DNA of 64,000 nt, from positions 3,360,001-3,424,000 of the forward strand of contig OZ243961.1 of assembly GCA_965214605.1 (NCBI GenBank), written 5' to 3'. The position numbers and the translations under genes were made by a program. Shown piece after piece: positions 1 through 10,397 of the stretch. The notes under the pieces were generated by a model that was not told the origin of the DNA, did not search any database, and saw only the letters and a program-made list of their open reading frames with translations. Position 1 is the stretch's first letter; each line of letters opens with the position of its first letter. This DNA is from an uncultured Candidatus Binatia bacterium. Lineage in GTDB: Bacteria > Desulfobacterota > Binatia > Bin18.

Positions 1-261
1 CGGCACCCGAGAGAAGGTGATCTGGTGCTGACCATAGGTCGAGTCCAGAGCGGGCAGACTGAGATGGTTGAGCGTGAGATCCTCGTCGTCCTGGAGGCTT
101 AAGACTGCGGCGATTCCGAATTCTTGCTGCAACCAGGCGATGTCTTCAACCCGGGGGTATTCACCAACATACAGGGCGGGAAGAATCTCGCACACCTCGG
201 GCCGTCGGTCACGGGTCGGGACGCTCTCAACAGGCAAAAAAGGGTCGTAAAAATCAGCCAT
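1..261 (-). CDS. Dual-specificity/protein-tyrosine phosphatase family protein, N-terminal part (runs off the window start)
   Basis: Not in the ORF track. Manual translation from ATG 261 gives MADFYDPFLPVESVPTRDRRPEVCEILPALYVGEYPRVEDIAWLQQEFGIAAVLSLQDDEDL...ITFSRVP, which matches the DSP N-terminal pattern (ILPxLYVG..., GIxAVLSLQ). The catalytic HCxxGxxR motif would lie outside the window. Confidence 0.7.
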   Translation of the reverse strand, partial: MADFYDPFLPVESVPTRDRRPEVCEILPALYVGEYPRVEDIAWLQQEFGIAAVLSLQDDEDLTLNHLSLPALDSTYGQHQITFSRVP

Positions 262-407
262 AGCGGCAAGCTAGAGGAGCGCGCCGGGTGGGTCAAGACC
301 GCCCCGGGTGGTCCCTCAGCCAAGAGGCTTGCCAGAACCAGGGTATTTCCGCTAGGTAATAGGAAGATAAGACGGTCTAACGATTCCCGGAAAAGGAGGA
401 TCCCAAC

Positions 408-782
408 ATGAGTGCAGACAACGAAAAATTGGTCACTGATTTCTGTCAGGCGTGGTCAAAGAAGAACACCGACGAGGTGCTGGACTACCTCACGGAAGAC
501 TGCTTTTACCACAATATCCCGATGGAGCCGTGTATCGGCTACGACGCTATTCGCAAGTTTGTCGAACCCTTCCTGGGTGGTGCAGACAGGGTGCAGTTTG
601 ATATCCTCCACACCACCTCGACCGGCAATGTGGTCATGAATGAACGGGTTGATCACTTTGTCATGGGTGAGAAAAAGCTCTCTCTGCCTGTTGCCGGTGT
701 GTTTGAAATCCAAAATGGCAAGATTGCGTCTTGGCGCGATTACTTCGACCTCGAGACATTCAACACGCAGATGAACGGGTAA
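408..782 (+). CDS. Limonene-1,2-epoxide hydrolase family (NTF2/SnoaL fold)
   Basis: YHNIP, NERVD and WRDYFD carry the LEH Tyr/Asn and Arg/Asp/Asp catalytic residues; AGGAGG RBS upstream. Confidence 0.88.
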   Translation: MSADNEKLVTDFCQAWSKKNTDEVLDYLTEDCFYHNIPMEPCIGYDAIRKFVEPFLGGADRVQFDILHTTSTGNVVMNERVDHFVMGEKKLSLPVAGVFEIQNGKIASWRDYFDLETFNTQMNG

Positions 783-837
783 GCGGGCCTGCCGTCGTCG
801 CCCCCGAACGTTCCTGCAGAGAGAGAAAGGCCGGTAT

Positions 838-1971
838 ATGGAGAAATTTGTTCCTGGGCTTGAAGGTGTGCCCATTATGGAGTCGCAGGTTGGTTTTATC
901 AACGGCCAGGAAGGCATCCTCGAATACCGCGGTATTCCGATTGAGGAACTGGCGGAGAAAAGCTCCTACGAAGAAGTGGCGTATTTGTTATTGTGGGGAA
1001 AGCTGCCCACGCGCCAAGAGTTGGATAAATTCGATCAGGATCTACGCACCCACCGTCGGATCAAATATCGGGTCATCGACGTGCTCAAATCGTTTCCAGA
1101 AAATGGTCATCCTATGGACGCCTTGCAATCGGTGGTGGCGGCCTTGGGCATGTTCTATCCGGCAAAAGACGTGGCCGACCAGGAACAGAACTACTGGTCA
1201 ATTGTGCGCCTGATCGCCAAGATGCCGACGATCGTGGCCGCCTTTGAGCGTATGCGCCACGGTGACGAACCGGTCAAACCGCGGGATGACCTGTCCCATG
1301 CGGCCAATTTTCTGTGGATGTTGAACGAAAAAGAGCCTGACCCGTTGGAAGCGCACATCATGGATGTGTGTCTGATTTTACACGCCGAGCACACGATGAA
1401 CGCGTCGACCTTTAGTGGGTTGGTGGTTGGCTCGACCCTGGCCGATCCGTATACCATGGTGTCCTCGGCGATTGGGGCGCTGACTGGCCCTCTGCACGGC
1501 GGAGCAAATGAGCAGGCGCTGCGCATGTTTCGTGAAATAGAAACGATTGACAAGGTGCGTCCCTATATAGAGGCTAAGCTCAAAGCCAAGGCCAAGATCA
1601 TGGGCGTTGGGCACCGTGTGTACAAAGTCAAAGACCCGCGTGCGTATGCCTTGCAGAGCTTAGCCAATAACCTGTTTGAGCAAAAGGGCGAGCATCCTCT
1701 GTATAAAGTCGCCCAAGAAGTGGAAACCGTCATTGGCGAGCACGTCGGTCGGAAAGGCATCGCCTCAAACGTCGATTTTTATTCTGGGGTGGTCTACGAT
1801 AAGCTTGGTATCCCGATCGACCAGTTCACTCCCATCTTTGCCATTGCGCGGGTGGCGGGCTGGCTGGCGCACTGGGTCGAGCAACTGCCGAACAACCGGA
1901 TTTTCCGGCCTACTCAGGTCTACACCGGCGACCACAACGCCCCCTATGTGCAGGCTGAGCAGCGTACCTAG
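838..1971 (+). CDS. gltA: Citrate synthase
   Basis: PGLEGV, LHAEHTMNAST, GPLHGGANE, MGVGHRVYK and NVDFYSG motifs. Confidence 0.95.
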   Translation: MEKFVPGLEGVPIMESQVGFINGQEGILEYRGIPIEELAEKSSYEEVAYLLLWGKLPTRQELDKFDQDLRTHRRIKYRVIDVLKSFPENGHPMDALQSVVAALGMFYPAKDVADQEQNYWSIVRLIAKMPTIVAAFERMRHGDEPVKPRDDLSHAANFLWMLNEKEPDPLEAHIMDVCLILHAEHTMNASTFSGLVVGSTLADPYTMVSSAIGALTGPLHGGANEQALRMFREIETIDKVRPYIEAKLKAKAKIMGVGHRVYKVKDPRAYALQSLANNLFEQKGEHPLYKVAQEVETVIGEHVGRKGIASNVDFYSGVVYDKLGIPIDQFTPIFAIARVAGWLAHWVEQLPNNRIFRPTQVYTGDHNAPYVQAEQRT

Positions 1972-2020
1972 CAGATCCCGGGCGTGAGAGGGATTCTCCC
2001 CCCCCTTCCGCCCACTTGGT

Positions 2021-2992
2021 CTATCCTCTGCCCGACACCTCTGGATTGGCACAATTCAGAGGTGCTTGTCCGTGCCGGATCCGATTTACATTCTCGGCCA
2101 CTTTCTTCCCAATGCCCCCCAGGCTCAGATCTGTGGCACCGCCAAAGTGCGGGGTGGCAATCACGTTATAGGAAAAGAGAGGGTCGGTCGGGTCAAACGG
2201 CTCTTGCCAAAACACATCAAGGCCGGCACCGCCAATCCGCTTTTCTTTGAGGGCGGCTAAAAAGGCGTCATAATCCAGGACCGGGCCACGCGCGACATTG
2301 ATGATAAACGCGCTGGGCTTCATACGGGCGAACTCGGCGGCTCCGATCAGACCGCGTGTTTCGTCGTTCAGAGGTGGCGAGATAATGACAAAATCGGCCT
2401 GGCCAAGGACCTCGTGTAGGTCATCGAGCTTGCCGTGAAAATTGACCGAGATGGCGTTTTCTTCAGGCGTGCCTTTGGGACCGTGTTTGGAGATGGCCAG
2501 GATTTTGTCCATTTCAAAACCGGCCAAACGGCGCGCAACTTCGCGGCCAATACCTCCATACCCGATAATCGCCGCCGTGCGGCCCTTGAGGGTACGGCCC
2601 ATGGGAGTGCCGAGCTTTTTCTGGGCGATGCTCTCCGTGGCCTGGGGATATTGGCGAGCTAGGGCGAGCATAAAAAACAGACTCAGTTCGGCGACCGATT
2701 CGGCATTCCCGGTGCCTGCGCTAGGCACATTGGCGACGTACACCCCGGCCTGGGTCGCGGCCGGAATATCGACCGAATCAAGCCCGGCTCCGTACTGTTG
2801 GACGAGTTTGAGACTCGGCGAGGTAAACGCTGCCGGGCCAATTTCTGAAACCGTCGGAATGAGCACATCGGCCTGCTGAGCTACCTCAGCGACCTGTTCG
2901 GGCAGGCACTCCAAAACCTCGTCGTCCGGCAGCTCTTTTTGCAGGATGTTCCTGATGTAGGCTAATCCCTTACGGCAAAAGTAAAGACGCAT
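2021..2992 (-). CDS. D-isomer-specific 2-hydroxyacid dehydrogenase
   Basis: GYGGIG Rossmann motif, INVARG, GLDVFWQEP, TPHFGG; start moved to ATG 2992. Confidence 0.9.
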   Translation of the reverse strand: MRLYFCRKGLAYIRNILQKELPDDEVLECLPEQVAEVAQQADVLIPTVSEIGPAAFTSPSLKLVQQYGAGLDSVDIPAATQAGVYVANVPSAGTGNAESVAELSLFFMLALARQYPQATESIAQKKLGTPMGRTLKGRTAAIIGYGGIGREVARRLAGFEMDKILAISKHGPKGTPEENAISVNFHGKLDDLHEVLGQADFVIISPPLNDETRGLIGAAEFARMKPSAFIINVARGPVLDYDAFLAALKEKRIGGAGLDVFWQEPFDPTDPLFSYNVIATPHFGGATDLSLGGIGKKVAENVNRIRHGQAPLNCANPEVSGRG

Positions 2993-3080
2993 GGCTGTTT
3001 TTCCCTTGATCGTTATGGGTGTCTGGCAGATAATAGGCCGCTCACCGCTTCTGGCCTCGAAGACTGAAGGAGGGATCACT

Positions 3081-3869
3081 ATGGATTACAGTCGTTATCA
3101 TTATCTGAGCGCCGAACGCAAGGACAGCATTCTGACCCTGGCTTTTAATCGGCCGGACTCCCTAAATGCCATTAACGCTGAGCTGCATACCGAACTCTCG
3201 CACATCTTTGCCGATATCGCCCACGATCAAGAGACCGAGGTGGTGATCCTGACCGGTAAGGGCCGGGCCTTTTGTGCGGGCGGAGATATCAAGTGGTTTC
3301 AGGACATGACCGGGCCGCAGCTTGATGCCCTGTTCTCGGAGGCGCGCAAGATTATTATCGATATGTTAGAGGTCGAGCAACCAATTATTGCCGCGATCAA
3401 CGGCCCGGCAACCGGCTTAGGAGCGACCTTGGCCCTGTTTTGTGATGTGATTTACGCCGCCCAAAACGCCAGGATTGGTGACCCACACGTGCGGGTCGGG
3501 GTCGTTGCTGGTGACGGCGGGGCAATTATCTGGCCGTGGCTGGTCGGCGCGGCCCGGGCCAAGGAATTTCTGATGACCGGCGACCTGGTGACCGCCCAAG
3601 AGGCCGAACGCATCGGGCTGGTGAACTACGTGGTGCCCAATGAGGAACTGATGGAGCGGGCGACCGCGTTTGCCACTCGCTTGGCCAACGGCCCCACCAA
3701 AGCGATTCGCTGGACCAAGGTGTCGGTGAATAAGATTTTGCGCGATACGGCTAATTTAGTTCTGGATACGTCTCTGGCTTTGGAGAAACACTGCTTCCAT
3801 ACCGAAGATCATAAGGAGGCCATTCGCTCCTTTGTGGAAAAACGAGAGCCCAAATTCACCGGCAATTAA
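3081..3869 (+). CDS. Crotonase (enoyl-CoA hydratase/isomerase) superfamily protein
   Basis: FCAGGDI, AAINGPATGLG, DPHVRVGVVAGDGG, EKREPKF; GGAGG RBS before ATG 3081. Confidence 0.92.
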   Translation: MDYSRYHYLSAERKDSILTLAFNRPDSLNAINAELHTELSHIFADIAHDQETEVVILTGKGRAFCAGGDIKWFQDMTGPQLDALFSEARKIIIDMLEVEQPIIAAINGPATGLGATLALFCDVIYAAQNARIGDPHVRVGVVAGDGGAIIWPWLVGAARAKEFLMTGDLVTAQEAERIGLVNYVVPNEELMERATAFATRLANGPTKAIRWTKVSVNKILRDTANLVLDTSLALEKHCFHTEDHKEAIRSFVEKREPKFTGN

Positions 3870-3879
3870 GGAGACCCTG

Positions 3880-4704
3880 ATGAGCGATACCCCCAACCCG
3901 CTCGGTCGCCTGCTTGATTTCTCGGGTAAAACCGCGCTGGTGGCCGGCGTCCTAGATGAACACTCGATTGGCTGGCCAATCGCCAAACTGCTCAACGACG
4001 GCGGGGCACGGGTCGCCCTATCGATTCAGCGCAAAGCCGTCCGCCGCATGCTGGGCACAATCCCGGAGCAACTCAACAATCCACTCATCCTTGAATGCGA
4101 CGTGAGCAAAGATGAGCAGATTGAGCGGTTGTTTGGCGAGCTGGGCCAAGAGTTTGGTCAGCTCGATTTTCTCATTCACTCCGTTGCCTACGCCCCGCCG
4201 CAGTCTTTTCAGCGACGTTTTATGCAGATTGGACGGGCCGACTTTCAGCTGGCTATGGACATCAGCGCCTACTCGCTGATTGCGCTGGCCCACGGCGCGT
4301 TTCCGTTGATGAAGGACCGCGGCGGCTGCGTTCTGGCCATGACCTATTATGCCGGCGAGAAGGTCATCCCCGGCTACCAGCTGATGAGTATTACCAAGGC
4401 GGCGCTGGATAATATCATCAGGAATCTGGCCTACGACCTAGCCCCCCACCGTATCCGGGTCAATGGTCTGTCGCCCGGCCCGACTGCCACCAAGGCCGGG
4501 ACGAGCATCCCCGGCTTTGCCATCATGCAGGACCATATGAAGCGCTTTGCGCCCCTCCAGACCGAGATTCTGAACTCTGACACGGGCAAGGCGGCGTTGT
4601 TTCTCTGTAGTCCTTTGGCCGAGAAGATTACCGGAGAAATTGTCCACGTTGACAGCGGCTATAATATTCTGGGCATGTCGGTTGAGCGGCCGCCCGCAGA
4701 GTGA
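3880..4704 (+). CDS. fabI: Enoyl-ACP reductase (FabI-like)
   Basis: SIGWPIA, CDVSKDEQI, HSVAYAP, DISAYSL, Y-x6-K, HVDSGY; AAGGAG RBS. Confidence 0.85.
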   Translation: MSDTPNPLGRLLDFSGKTALVAGVLDEHSIGWPIAKLLNDGGARVALSIQRKAVRRMLGTIPEQLNNPLILECDVSKDEQIERLFGELGQEFGQLDFLIHSVAYAPPQSFQRRFMQIGRADFQLAMDISAYSLIALAHGAFPLMKDRGGCVLAMTYYAGEKVIPGYQLMSITKAALDNIIRNLAYDLAPHRIRVNGLSPGPTATKAGTSIPGFAIMQDHMKRFAPLQTEILNSDTGKAALFLCSPLAEKITGEIVHVDSGYNILGMSVERPPAE

Positions 4705-4762
4705 GGGGGAGGGGTAGGCCGACATACTACGAAAGAGGCTCGACAACGTGGACCACATCACA

Positions 4763-5842
4763 CTAGGTCTTGCTTCCTATGACCTCACGGATATCTTGTA
4801 TGCCTTTTCTGCTGATGATTCGGCTGAGCCCCTGAGTAATACGCCGAGGCAGCGACGGCCCCTCATAGATCAAGCCCGTGTAGACCTGGACGAGTGAGGC
4901 CCCGGCACAGATGCGTTCATAGGCGTCTGCGGCGGAGAAGATGCCGCCGACACCGATCAAGGGTAGCTTGCCTTCAACGGCTTGAAACAGGGTACGCAGG
5001 ACCTCGGTTGCCCGTTTGGCCAAGGGCCGGCCGCTCAGGCCGCCGACTTCGTTGAGTGGGCCGTGTAGGTCTGGTCGGGCAAGGGTGGTATTGGTGGCGA
5101 TCAGTCCGGCGAGGCCAAGGTCAAGCGCTAGGCTGGCGATTTCGTGAATGGCCGCATCGCTTAGGTCGGGCGCAATCTTGACCAGGAGCGGTTTTGGATT
5201 GGTGTGGGTCTGACGGGCGAAGTGAGCGGTCTGCTTGAGCAGGGCTTCTAGCAGGCTTCCAAGGCGTTCAATCTGCTGGAGTTTGCGCAGCTCGGGAGTG
5301 TTGGGGGAGCTGACGTTTACCACGAGGTAATCGGCAAAGGGCAGGAGTTGGGCGTGGCTGTCTAGGTAGTCGTCGGTCGCGGCGTCAAGGGGCACGGCTT
5401 TGGACTTGCCGATATTGATGCCGAGGGGGATGGGGCTTGGCCGGTCGGTGAGCAGGTGCTCTAGATGCCGAGCTGCCGCGGTTGCCCCGTCGTTGTTGAA
5501 GCCGAAGCGATTGATGCAGGCGCGGTCTTTGGTCAGACGAAAGAGGCGCGGCCTGGGGTTGCCTGGCTGGGCCTGGGCGGTTAGTGTTCCGAGCTCGGCA
5601 AAGCCGAAGCCCAGGGCCGACCAGACCAGAGGGACAGCAGCGTTTTTATCATAGCCGGCGGCCAGTCCGACCGGATTGGGGAAATGTTGGTTCCAGAGTT
5701 GCTGGCTGAGGCGGGGAGCGCTTAGCGGTGCTGGTTTGAGCCGAGCGGCTTGCAGCAGCCAGAGGGCGTTAAGGGCGAGGTCGTGGGCACGTTCCGGGTC
5801 AAGGGAGAAGAGAAGGGGGCGGAGGAGGGGATAGAGTGACAA
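4763..5842 (-). CDS. pyrD: Quinone-dependent dihydroorotate dehydrogenase
   Basis: NPVGLAAGYDK, INRFGFNN, NVSSPNTP, KIAPDL, GGLSG. Confidence 0.95.
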   Translation of the reverse strand: MSLYPLLRPLLFSLDPERAHDLALNALWLLQAARLKPAPLSAPRLSQQLWNQHFPNPVGLAAGYDKNAAVPLVWSALGFGFAELGTLTAQAQPGNPRPRLFRLTKDRACINRFGFNNDGATAAARHLEHLLTDRPSPIPLGINIGKSKAVPLDAATDDYLDSHAQLLPFADYLVVNVSSPNTPELRKLQQIERLGSLLEALLKQTAHFARQTHTNPKPLLVKIAPDLSDAAIHEIASLALDLGLAGLIATNTTLARPDLHGPLNEVGGLSGRPLAKRATEVLRTLFQAVEGKLPLIGVGGIFSAADAYERICAGASLVQVYTGLIYEGPSLPRRITQGLSRIISRKGIQDIREVIGSKT

Positions 5843-5932
5843 AGCCCTGACGAAGGAGAGCGCAGAGACGCGGCTCAGAGTGAGAGAGGATGGGAAGGGG
5901 CGGGGGCTCCTTCCCGCTCTGTGTGAGTGCGG

Positions 5933-7036
5933 CTATCCCAGGCCGTACAGGCCAGCGCAGTTGGATGAGATCATCTTCTCGACCTCATCCTCAGGGACCC
6001 CGGCAAAGTCACGCGCGATCACCTCTTGCGATTTTGGCCAGGTCGAATCAGAGTGCGGAAAATCCGAGGCCCACATCAGGTTTTCGACCCCTACAAACTC
6101 ACGGGTCAGTACTCCAATCCGGTCATCCTGAAAGGTGGCGTATACCTGGCGCTTGAAGTAGAAGCTGGGCGGCTGGGGAATGACTACGTCCTTCTCCAGG
6201 TACTGATACTTCTCATAGGCGTGATCCATGCGCTGGAGATAATGACCGATCCAGCCAATATCATTTTCCGCGGAGATAACCCTCAGGTTGGGAAAACGCT
6301 CCAGCACCCCGCCAAAGATCATATCGCTCAAAGACCGCTCTAGGGCGTGGGGCAGACACGGGTAGCTCTTCATCACGCTATCCCCGATACCACTGCCTTT
6401 TCGACCGGTCAGAATATGCAGGGCCAGCGGTAGTCCGGCGTCCTGCGCCGCGGCCCACAGAGGATTCCAGACCGGATTATCGTAGGGCCGATCTTCGGGT
6501 GGGATGCCCCAGATCAAGCCCCCTCTGAGACCTAGCTTGGCGCTCCGCTCGACTTCGCGCACGGCTTCCTGCACGTCATCCATCGGAATCAGCGCGATTC
6601 CGGCAAAACGGCTTGTGTCGTAGCTACAGAACTCGGCCAGCCAGTCATTATAGGCCCGGAAGCTGGCCGCCCGGAGCCCGCCATCCTCAATGCCGTACAG
6701 CATCATGCCTAGGCTGGTATACAACACTTCGCCGGCCACACCATCAATATCCTGGTCCTTGACCCGTTGCGCGGGGTCCCAGGCGCCGGGCCGAACTCCG
6801 GTATAGCCCTTGTTCATCTCATTTGAGTAGGCTTTGGGATCAACCCCGGCAACGGCAAAGGCAGACACCGAAAAGGGCTGGAGCCCCTCGCATACAAAGA
6901 AATCGCCCTTAATCCCGTTGGCTTCCTTGATGATATGCGGTGCTCGGTTACGAAAGCGGGCATCTATACGTGATGTCCACACGTCCGCAGGTTCAACGAC
7001 GTGGGAATCGGCGGAAAAGATTCTTGCTGCGCTCAT
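5933..7036 (-). CDS. Amidohydrolase_2 family metal-dependent hydrolase/decarboxylase
   Basis: SADSHVVEP, AYNDWLAE, LALHILTG, MWASDFPHSDSTWP. Confidence 0.9.
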   Translation of the reverse strand: MSAARIFSADSHVVEPADVWTSRIDARFRNRAPHIIKEANGIKGDFFVCEGLQPFSVSAFAVAGVDPKAYSNEMNKGYTGVRPGAWDPAQRVKDQDIDGVAGEVLYTSLGMMLYGIEDGGLRAASFRAYNDWLAEFCSYDTSRFAGIALIPMDDVQEAVREVERSAKLGLRGGLIWGIPPEDRPYDNPVWNPLWAAAQDAGLPLALHILTGRKGSGIGDSVMKSYPCLPHALERSLSDMIFGGVLERFPNLRVISAENDIGWIGHYLQRMDHAYEKYQYLEKDVVIPQPPSFYFKRQVYATFQDDRIGVLTREFVGVENLMWASDFPHSDSTWPKSQEVIARDFAGVPEDEVEKMISSNCAGLYGLG

Positions 7037-7157
7037 GTTTCCTCCTCGTATCCTTACGTGGTGTCTTCATACTCGCTCTAGCCCCGCTGCTGGGGGAGGG
7101 GGCAGGCTTGGTATTGTACGCTGATCTCTGCTGAATATACAGACGATCATCATTGTC

Positions 7158-7844
7158 TCAGTCTTTCAACTGGGCTAATGCCTGGAAGGCGGCCGCCTGG
7201 TGGGCACTTTTTTTGCTCGGTCCTTCGCCCCGCCCATAGGCTTTTCCGGCAATTGTGACCTGACTGACAAAGCGCTTTTGATGGTCGGGGCCTCTGACCT
7301 CAACTACCTCGTAGGTCGGGGTCTGCTTAAAAATCTTCTGGGTCAGCTCTTGTAAATGGGTCTTGCTGTCAAATTGGCTGACCGCGGGTTTGTGTTCAAG
7401 GTCTGGAGCGAAATGGTTCTCCACTAGCCGCAGTGCCGGACCAAAGCCGCCATCAAGATAGACCGCCCCTAGGACAGCCTCATACGCGCAGGCCAGAATA
7501 GAACCTTTCTGTCGACCGCCGCTGCGCTCTTCGCCCCAGCCCAAACGCAGCCAGCGGCCTACTGCTAGGGCCTCGGCTTTGTGGCCCAACACCTGGGCGT
7601 TGACCAACGCAGCGCGCATTTTTGACAGCTCACCCTCGCGTGATTTGGGAAAGCGCTTGAGGAGCAGATCGCTGATCGCCATATCGAGAACCGCATCACC
7701 TAGAAACTCGAGTTTTTCGTTGGTTTCCTCTCCGGGTTTGAGGGGAAAGGAGCAGTGCGTCAGGGCCAGGGTCAGCAACTCCTGGCGGCGGAAGTGATAG
7801 CCGAAGGAGGTCTCGAACTCAGCGTATGAGGGGTGGCTAGGCAT
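7158..7844 (-). CDS. rnc: Ribonuclease III
   Basis: NEKLEFLGDAVL signature and C-terminal dsRBD (KTHLQE...GEGPSKKSA). Confidence 0.96.
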   Translation of the reverse strand: MPSHPSYAEFETSFGYHFRRQELLTLALTHCSFPLKPGEETNEKLEFLGDAVLDMAISDLLLKRFPKSREGELSKMRAALVNAQVLGHKAEALAVGRWLRLGWGEERSGGRQKGSILACAYEAVLGAVYLDGGFGPALRLVENHFAPDLEHKPAVSQFDSKTHLQELTQKIFKQTPTYEVVEVRGPDHQKRFVSQVTIAGKAYGRGEGPSKKSAHQAAAFQALAQLKD

Positions 7845-7857
7845 AGGACCTTGGGCG

Positions 7858-9177
7858 CTAAGTGTCGGGAGACGCGATTTTTCCCCGCACGCTGCCTGCG
7901 CTGACGCGGCTCAGGTGGACCAACACCTCGCGATTCATGTGCTCGTCGCCGCCCGCGGCCAAGACTCTCAGATAGTTGCGACTATAGCCCTTGAGGAGTC
8001 CGGTGGTCTTGTCTCGGCCGTGCTCGAATAAGACCGGCAGAGTGTGACCGATGAACCGGCTGGCAAACGCGGCTTTCTTGCGCTCGCCAAGCTTGCGTAC
8101 CTGGCGGGCACGACGGGCAATGGTCGGCTTGGGGACGGTATTGGTGAACTTTGCCGCGGTAGTGCCGCTCCGGGCGGAATACGGAAAGACATGAAAATAG
8201 GTAAACGGGCTGTCTTCAAGAAAACGATAGCCCCGGACAAACTCTTGCTCGCCCTCGCCGGGGAAGCCGACAATCAGGTCGGTTCCAAGGGCAGCCTGGG
8301 GCAAGCTGTCTCGGAGACGGGCCAGCACGTCACCGGCCAGGGCTTGATCATAGCGACGGCGCATGCGGGCTAAGATGCGGTCGTCGCCCGATTGGAGTGG
8401 GATATGGAGATGGGGACAGACGGTCTGGGCCTGAGCCAGGAGACGGATGAGGGCTGGGCTGAATTCGTGCGGATCAAGCGAACTGAGCCTGACCCGGGGG
8501 ACCGGTTTGCGCTCTTCAATTGCCGCCACCAACCAGGATAAGTCGATCCGAGGATCTAAATCGGTTCCATAGCCTCCGAGGTGGACGCCGGTTAGGACGA
8601 TTTCTTGAAAACCCTGGTCGGCCAGACGGTCGAGCTGCTCAAGTACGGTTCGGGGGGAGACGCTACGGCTCTTGCCGCGTGACATCGGTACGATACAAAA
8701 CGTGCAGAAGAGGTCACAGCCCTCTTGGATCTTTAAAAATGCCCGGGTCTGACCCTGAAATGTCTGGGCCCCGAACGTCTCGATATGTGAAATTTTGCGC
8801 AGGTTGCTGACAGCGATGGGGGCTGGCAACTCGGCGGTCACGGCTCGGAGGATATCGTCTAGCCGGTTGAGGCCGATCACATAGTCGATCTCGGGGAGGC
8901 GCGCGACCGACTCGGGCGCGACTTGGGCATAGCAGCCGGTCATAATGATCCGGGCCGATGGATTCCGGCGTTTGGCGCGACGGACGAGTTGACGGCTCTC
9001 GGCGTCGGCCTGATTGGTGACCGTACAGCTGTTGACAATATACACATCGGCCGTGTCGGTAAACGACACCAGACGGTGACCGGCCGCGCTGAGCCGATCC
9101 GCAATTGTTGCCGTATCGTACTGGTTGACCTTGCAGCCCAGGGTGGTCAGGCCAACCCGCAGAGCGGACGGTGACAT
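7858..9177 (-). CDS. mtaB: tRNA t6A37 methylthiotransferase (radical SAM)
   Basis: TLGCKVNQYD, NSCTVT, CDLFCTFC, HVFPYSAR. Confidence 0.92.
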   Translation of the reverse strand: MSPSALRVGLTTLGCKVNQYDTATIADRLSAAGHRLVSFTDTADVYIVNSCTVTNQADAESRQLVRRAKRRNPSARIIMTGCYAQVAPESVARLPEIDYVIGLNRLDDILRAVTAELPAPIAVSNLRKISHIETFGAQTFQGQTRAFLKIQEGCDLFCTFCIVPMSRGKSRSVSPRTVLEQLDRLADQGFQEIVLTGVHLGGYGTDLDPRIDLSWLVAAIEERKPVPRVRLSSLDPHEFSPALIRLLAQAQTVCPHLHIPLQSGDDRILARMRRRYDQALAGDVLARLRDSLPQAALGTDLIVGFPGEGEQEFVRGYRFLEDSPFTYFHVFPYSARSGTTAAKFTNTVPKPTIARRARQVRKLGERKKAAFASRFIGHTLPVLFEHGRDKTTGLLKGYSRNYLRVLAAGGDEHMNREVLVHLSRVSAGSVRGKIASPDT

Positions 9178-9180
9178 GGC

Positions 9181-10317
9181 TTACAGCGCTCCCTCAATCC
9201 AACCGCCCCCCAAGATTTGGTCGCCGGCGTAAAAAACAACCGCCTGGCCGGGGGTTACGGCCGGACAGCCGTGCTCAAACCAGACCTTGGCCGTTCCGTC
9301 CGCTTGGGGGACAACCCGGGCCGGGGTAGGCGGATGGCGGTAGCGAATCTTGACACTGGCCCGTAACTCTTGGAGCTGTTGGCCGGCGATCCAGCTGACG
9401 TCCTTGGCGTGCAGACCGGAGGTGCGGAGCTGGTCCTTGGTGCCGACCGTCACCCGACCCGTTTGGGCGTCAATATGCGAGACGTACACTGGTTGGGCGA
9501 GCCCACTGAGGCCCAGACCACGGCGCTGGCCAATGGTAAAGCGATGAATACCGCCGTGCGAGCCGAGCTGGTGTCCGGCTTGATCGACCATCGTACCGGG
9601 CGTAAAACGCTCGGACGACAGGCGTTGCTCCAAAAAGCGAGCATAGTTACCGTCTGGAACAAAACAAATATCCTGACTCTCGGGCTTCTGGGCAATCCGC
9701 AGGCCGAGCTCATCGGCTTTAGCCCGAACCTGAGCCTTAGTCAGATGCCCAACCGGGAACAGCGTCCAGGCCAGCTGGGTCTGGCTCAGCGTAAACAGAA
9801 AGTATGACTGGTCCTTGGCCCGGTCGATGCCGCGCCACAGCTGGTACTGGGCCGTTTGGGCGTCATAGCGAATCTGGGCGTAGTGACCAGTGGCAACATA
9901 CTCGGCATCAAGCTCTCGCGCCCGCTGCCGCAGGAGGTTAAACTTGAGGTCTCGGTTACACAGCAGGCACGGATTCGGGGTCCGACCCTGCAGATATTCC
10001 TTACTAAACACGTCGATCACAGAGCGCTGAAAGGCGTCTTTGAGATTGAGGACGTAGTAGGGAATGTCTAACTGTTCGGCCACTCGACGGGCGTCTTGAA
10101 AATCATCAATCGAACAGCAACTGCCCTCATGGCCCTCGGCCGCGCCGGCCAGCAGCATGGAGATCGCAATTACTTCATAGCCGGCTTCGACCAACAGGGC
10201 TGCGGCGACCGCGCTATCAACCCCCCCGCTCATGGCTGCCAGCACACGCTTGCCGGGGAGGGCAGACGAGGTGGCGGCCAGTGGCTGAGCGGGCCTCTTG
10301 TGCTGCGTCTGATTCAT
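9181..10317 (-). CDS. mnmA: tRNA 2-thiouridine(34) synthase
   Basis: AMSGGVDS, TPNPCLLCN, ATGHY, KDQSYFL, ESQDICF. The start could alternatively be GTG 10401. Confidence 0.95.
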   Translation of the reverse strand: MNQTQHKRPAQPLAATSSALPGKRVLAAMSGGVDSAVAAALLVEAGYEVIAISMLLAGAAEGHEGSCCSIDDFQDARRVAEQLDIPYYVLNLKDAFQRSVIDVFSKEYLQGRTPNPCLLCNRDLKFNLLRQRARELDAEYVATGHYAQIRYDAQTAQYQLWRGIDRAKDQSYFLFTLSQTQLAWTLFPVGHLTKAQVRAKADELGLRIAQKPESQDICFVPDGNYARFLEQRLSSERFTPGTMVDQAGHQLGSHGGIHRFTIGQRRGLGLSGLAQPVYVSHIDAQTGRVTVGTKDQLRTSGLHAKDVSWIAGQQLQELRASVKIRYRHPPTPARVVPQADGTAKVWFEHGCPAVTPGQAVVFYAGDQILGGGWIEGAL

Positions 10318-10397
10318 CGCTTGTCTCTCAAAAAGTGAACGCTGACAGAGGTAATCATGTTCTCGTATCGCCCTTTCCTTTACGACATCAGTATCGT

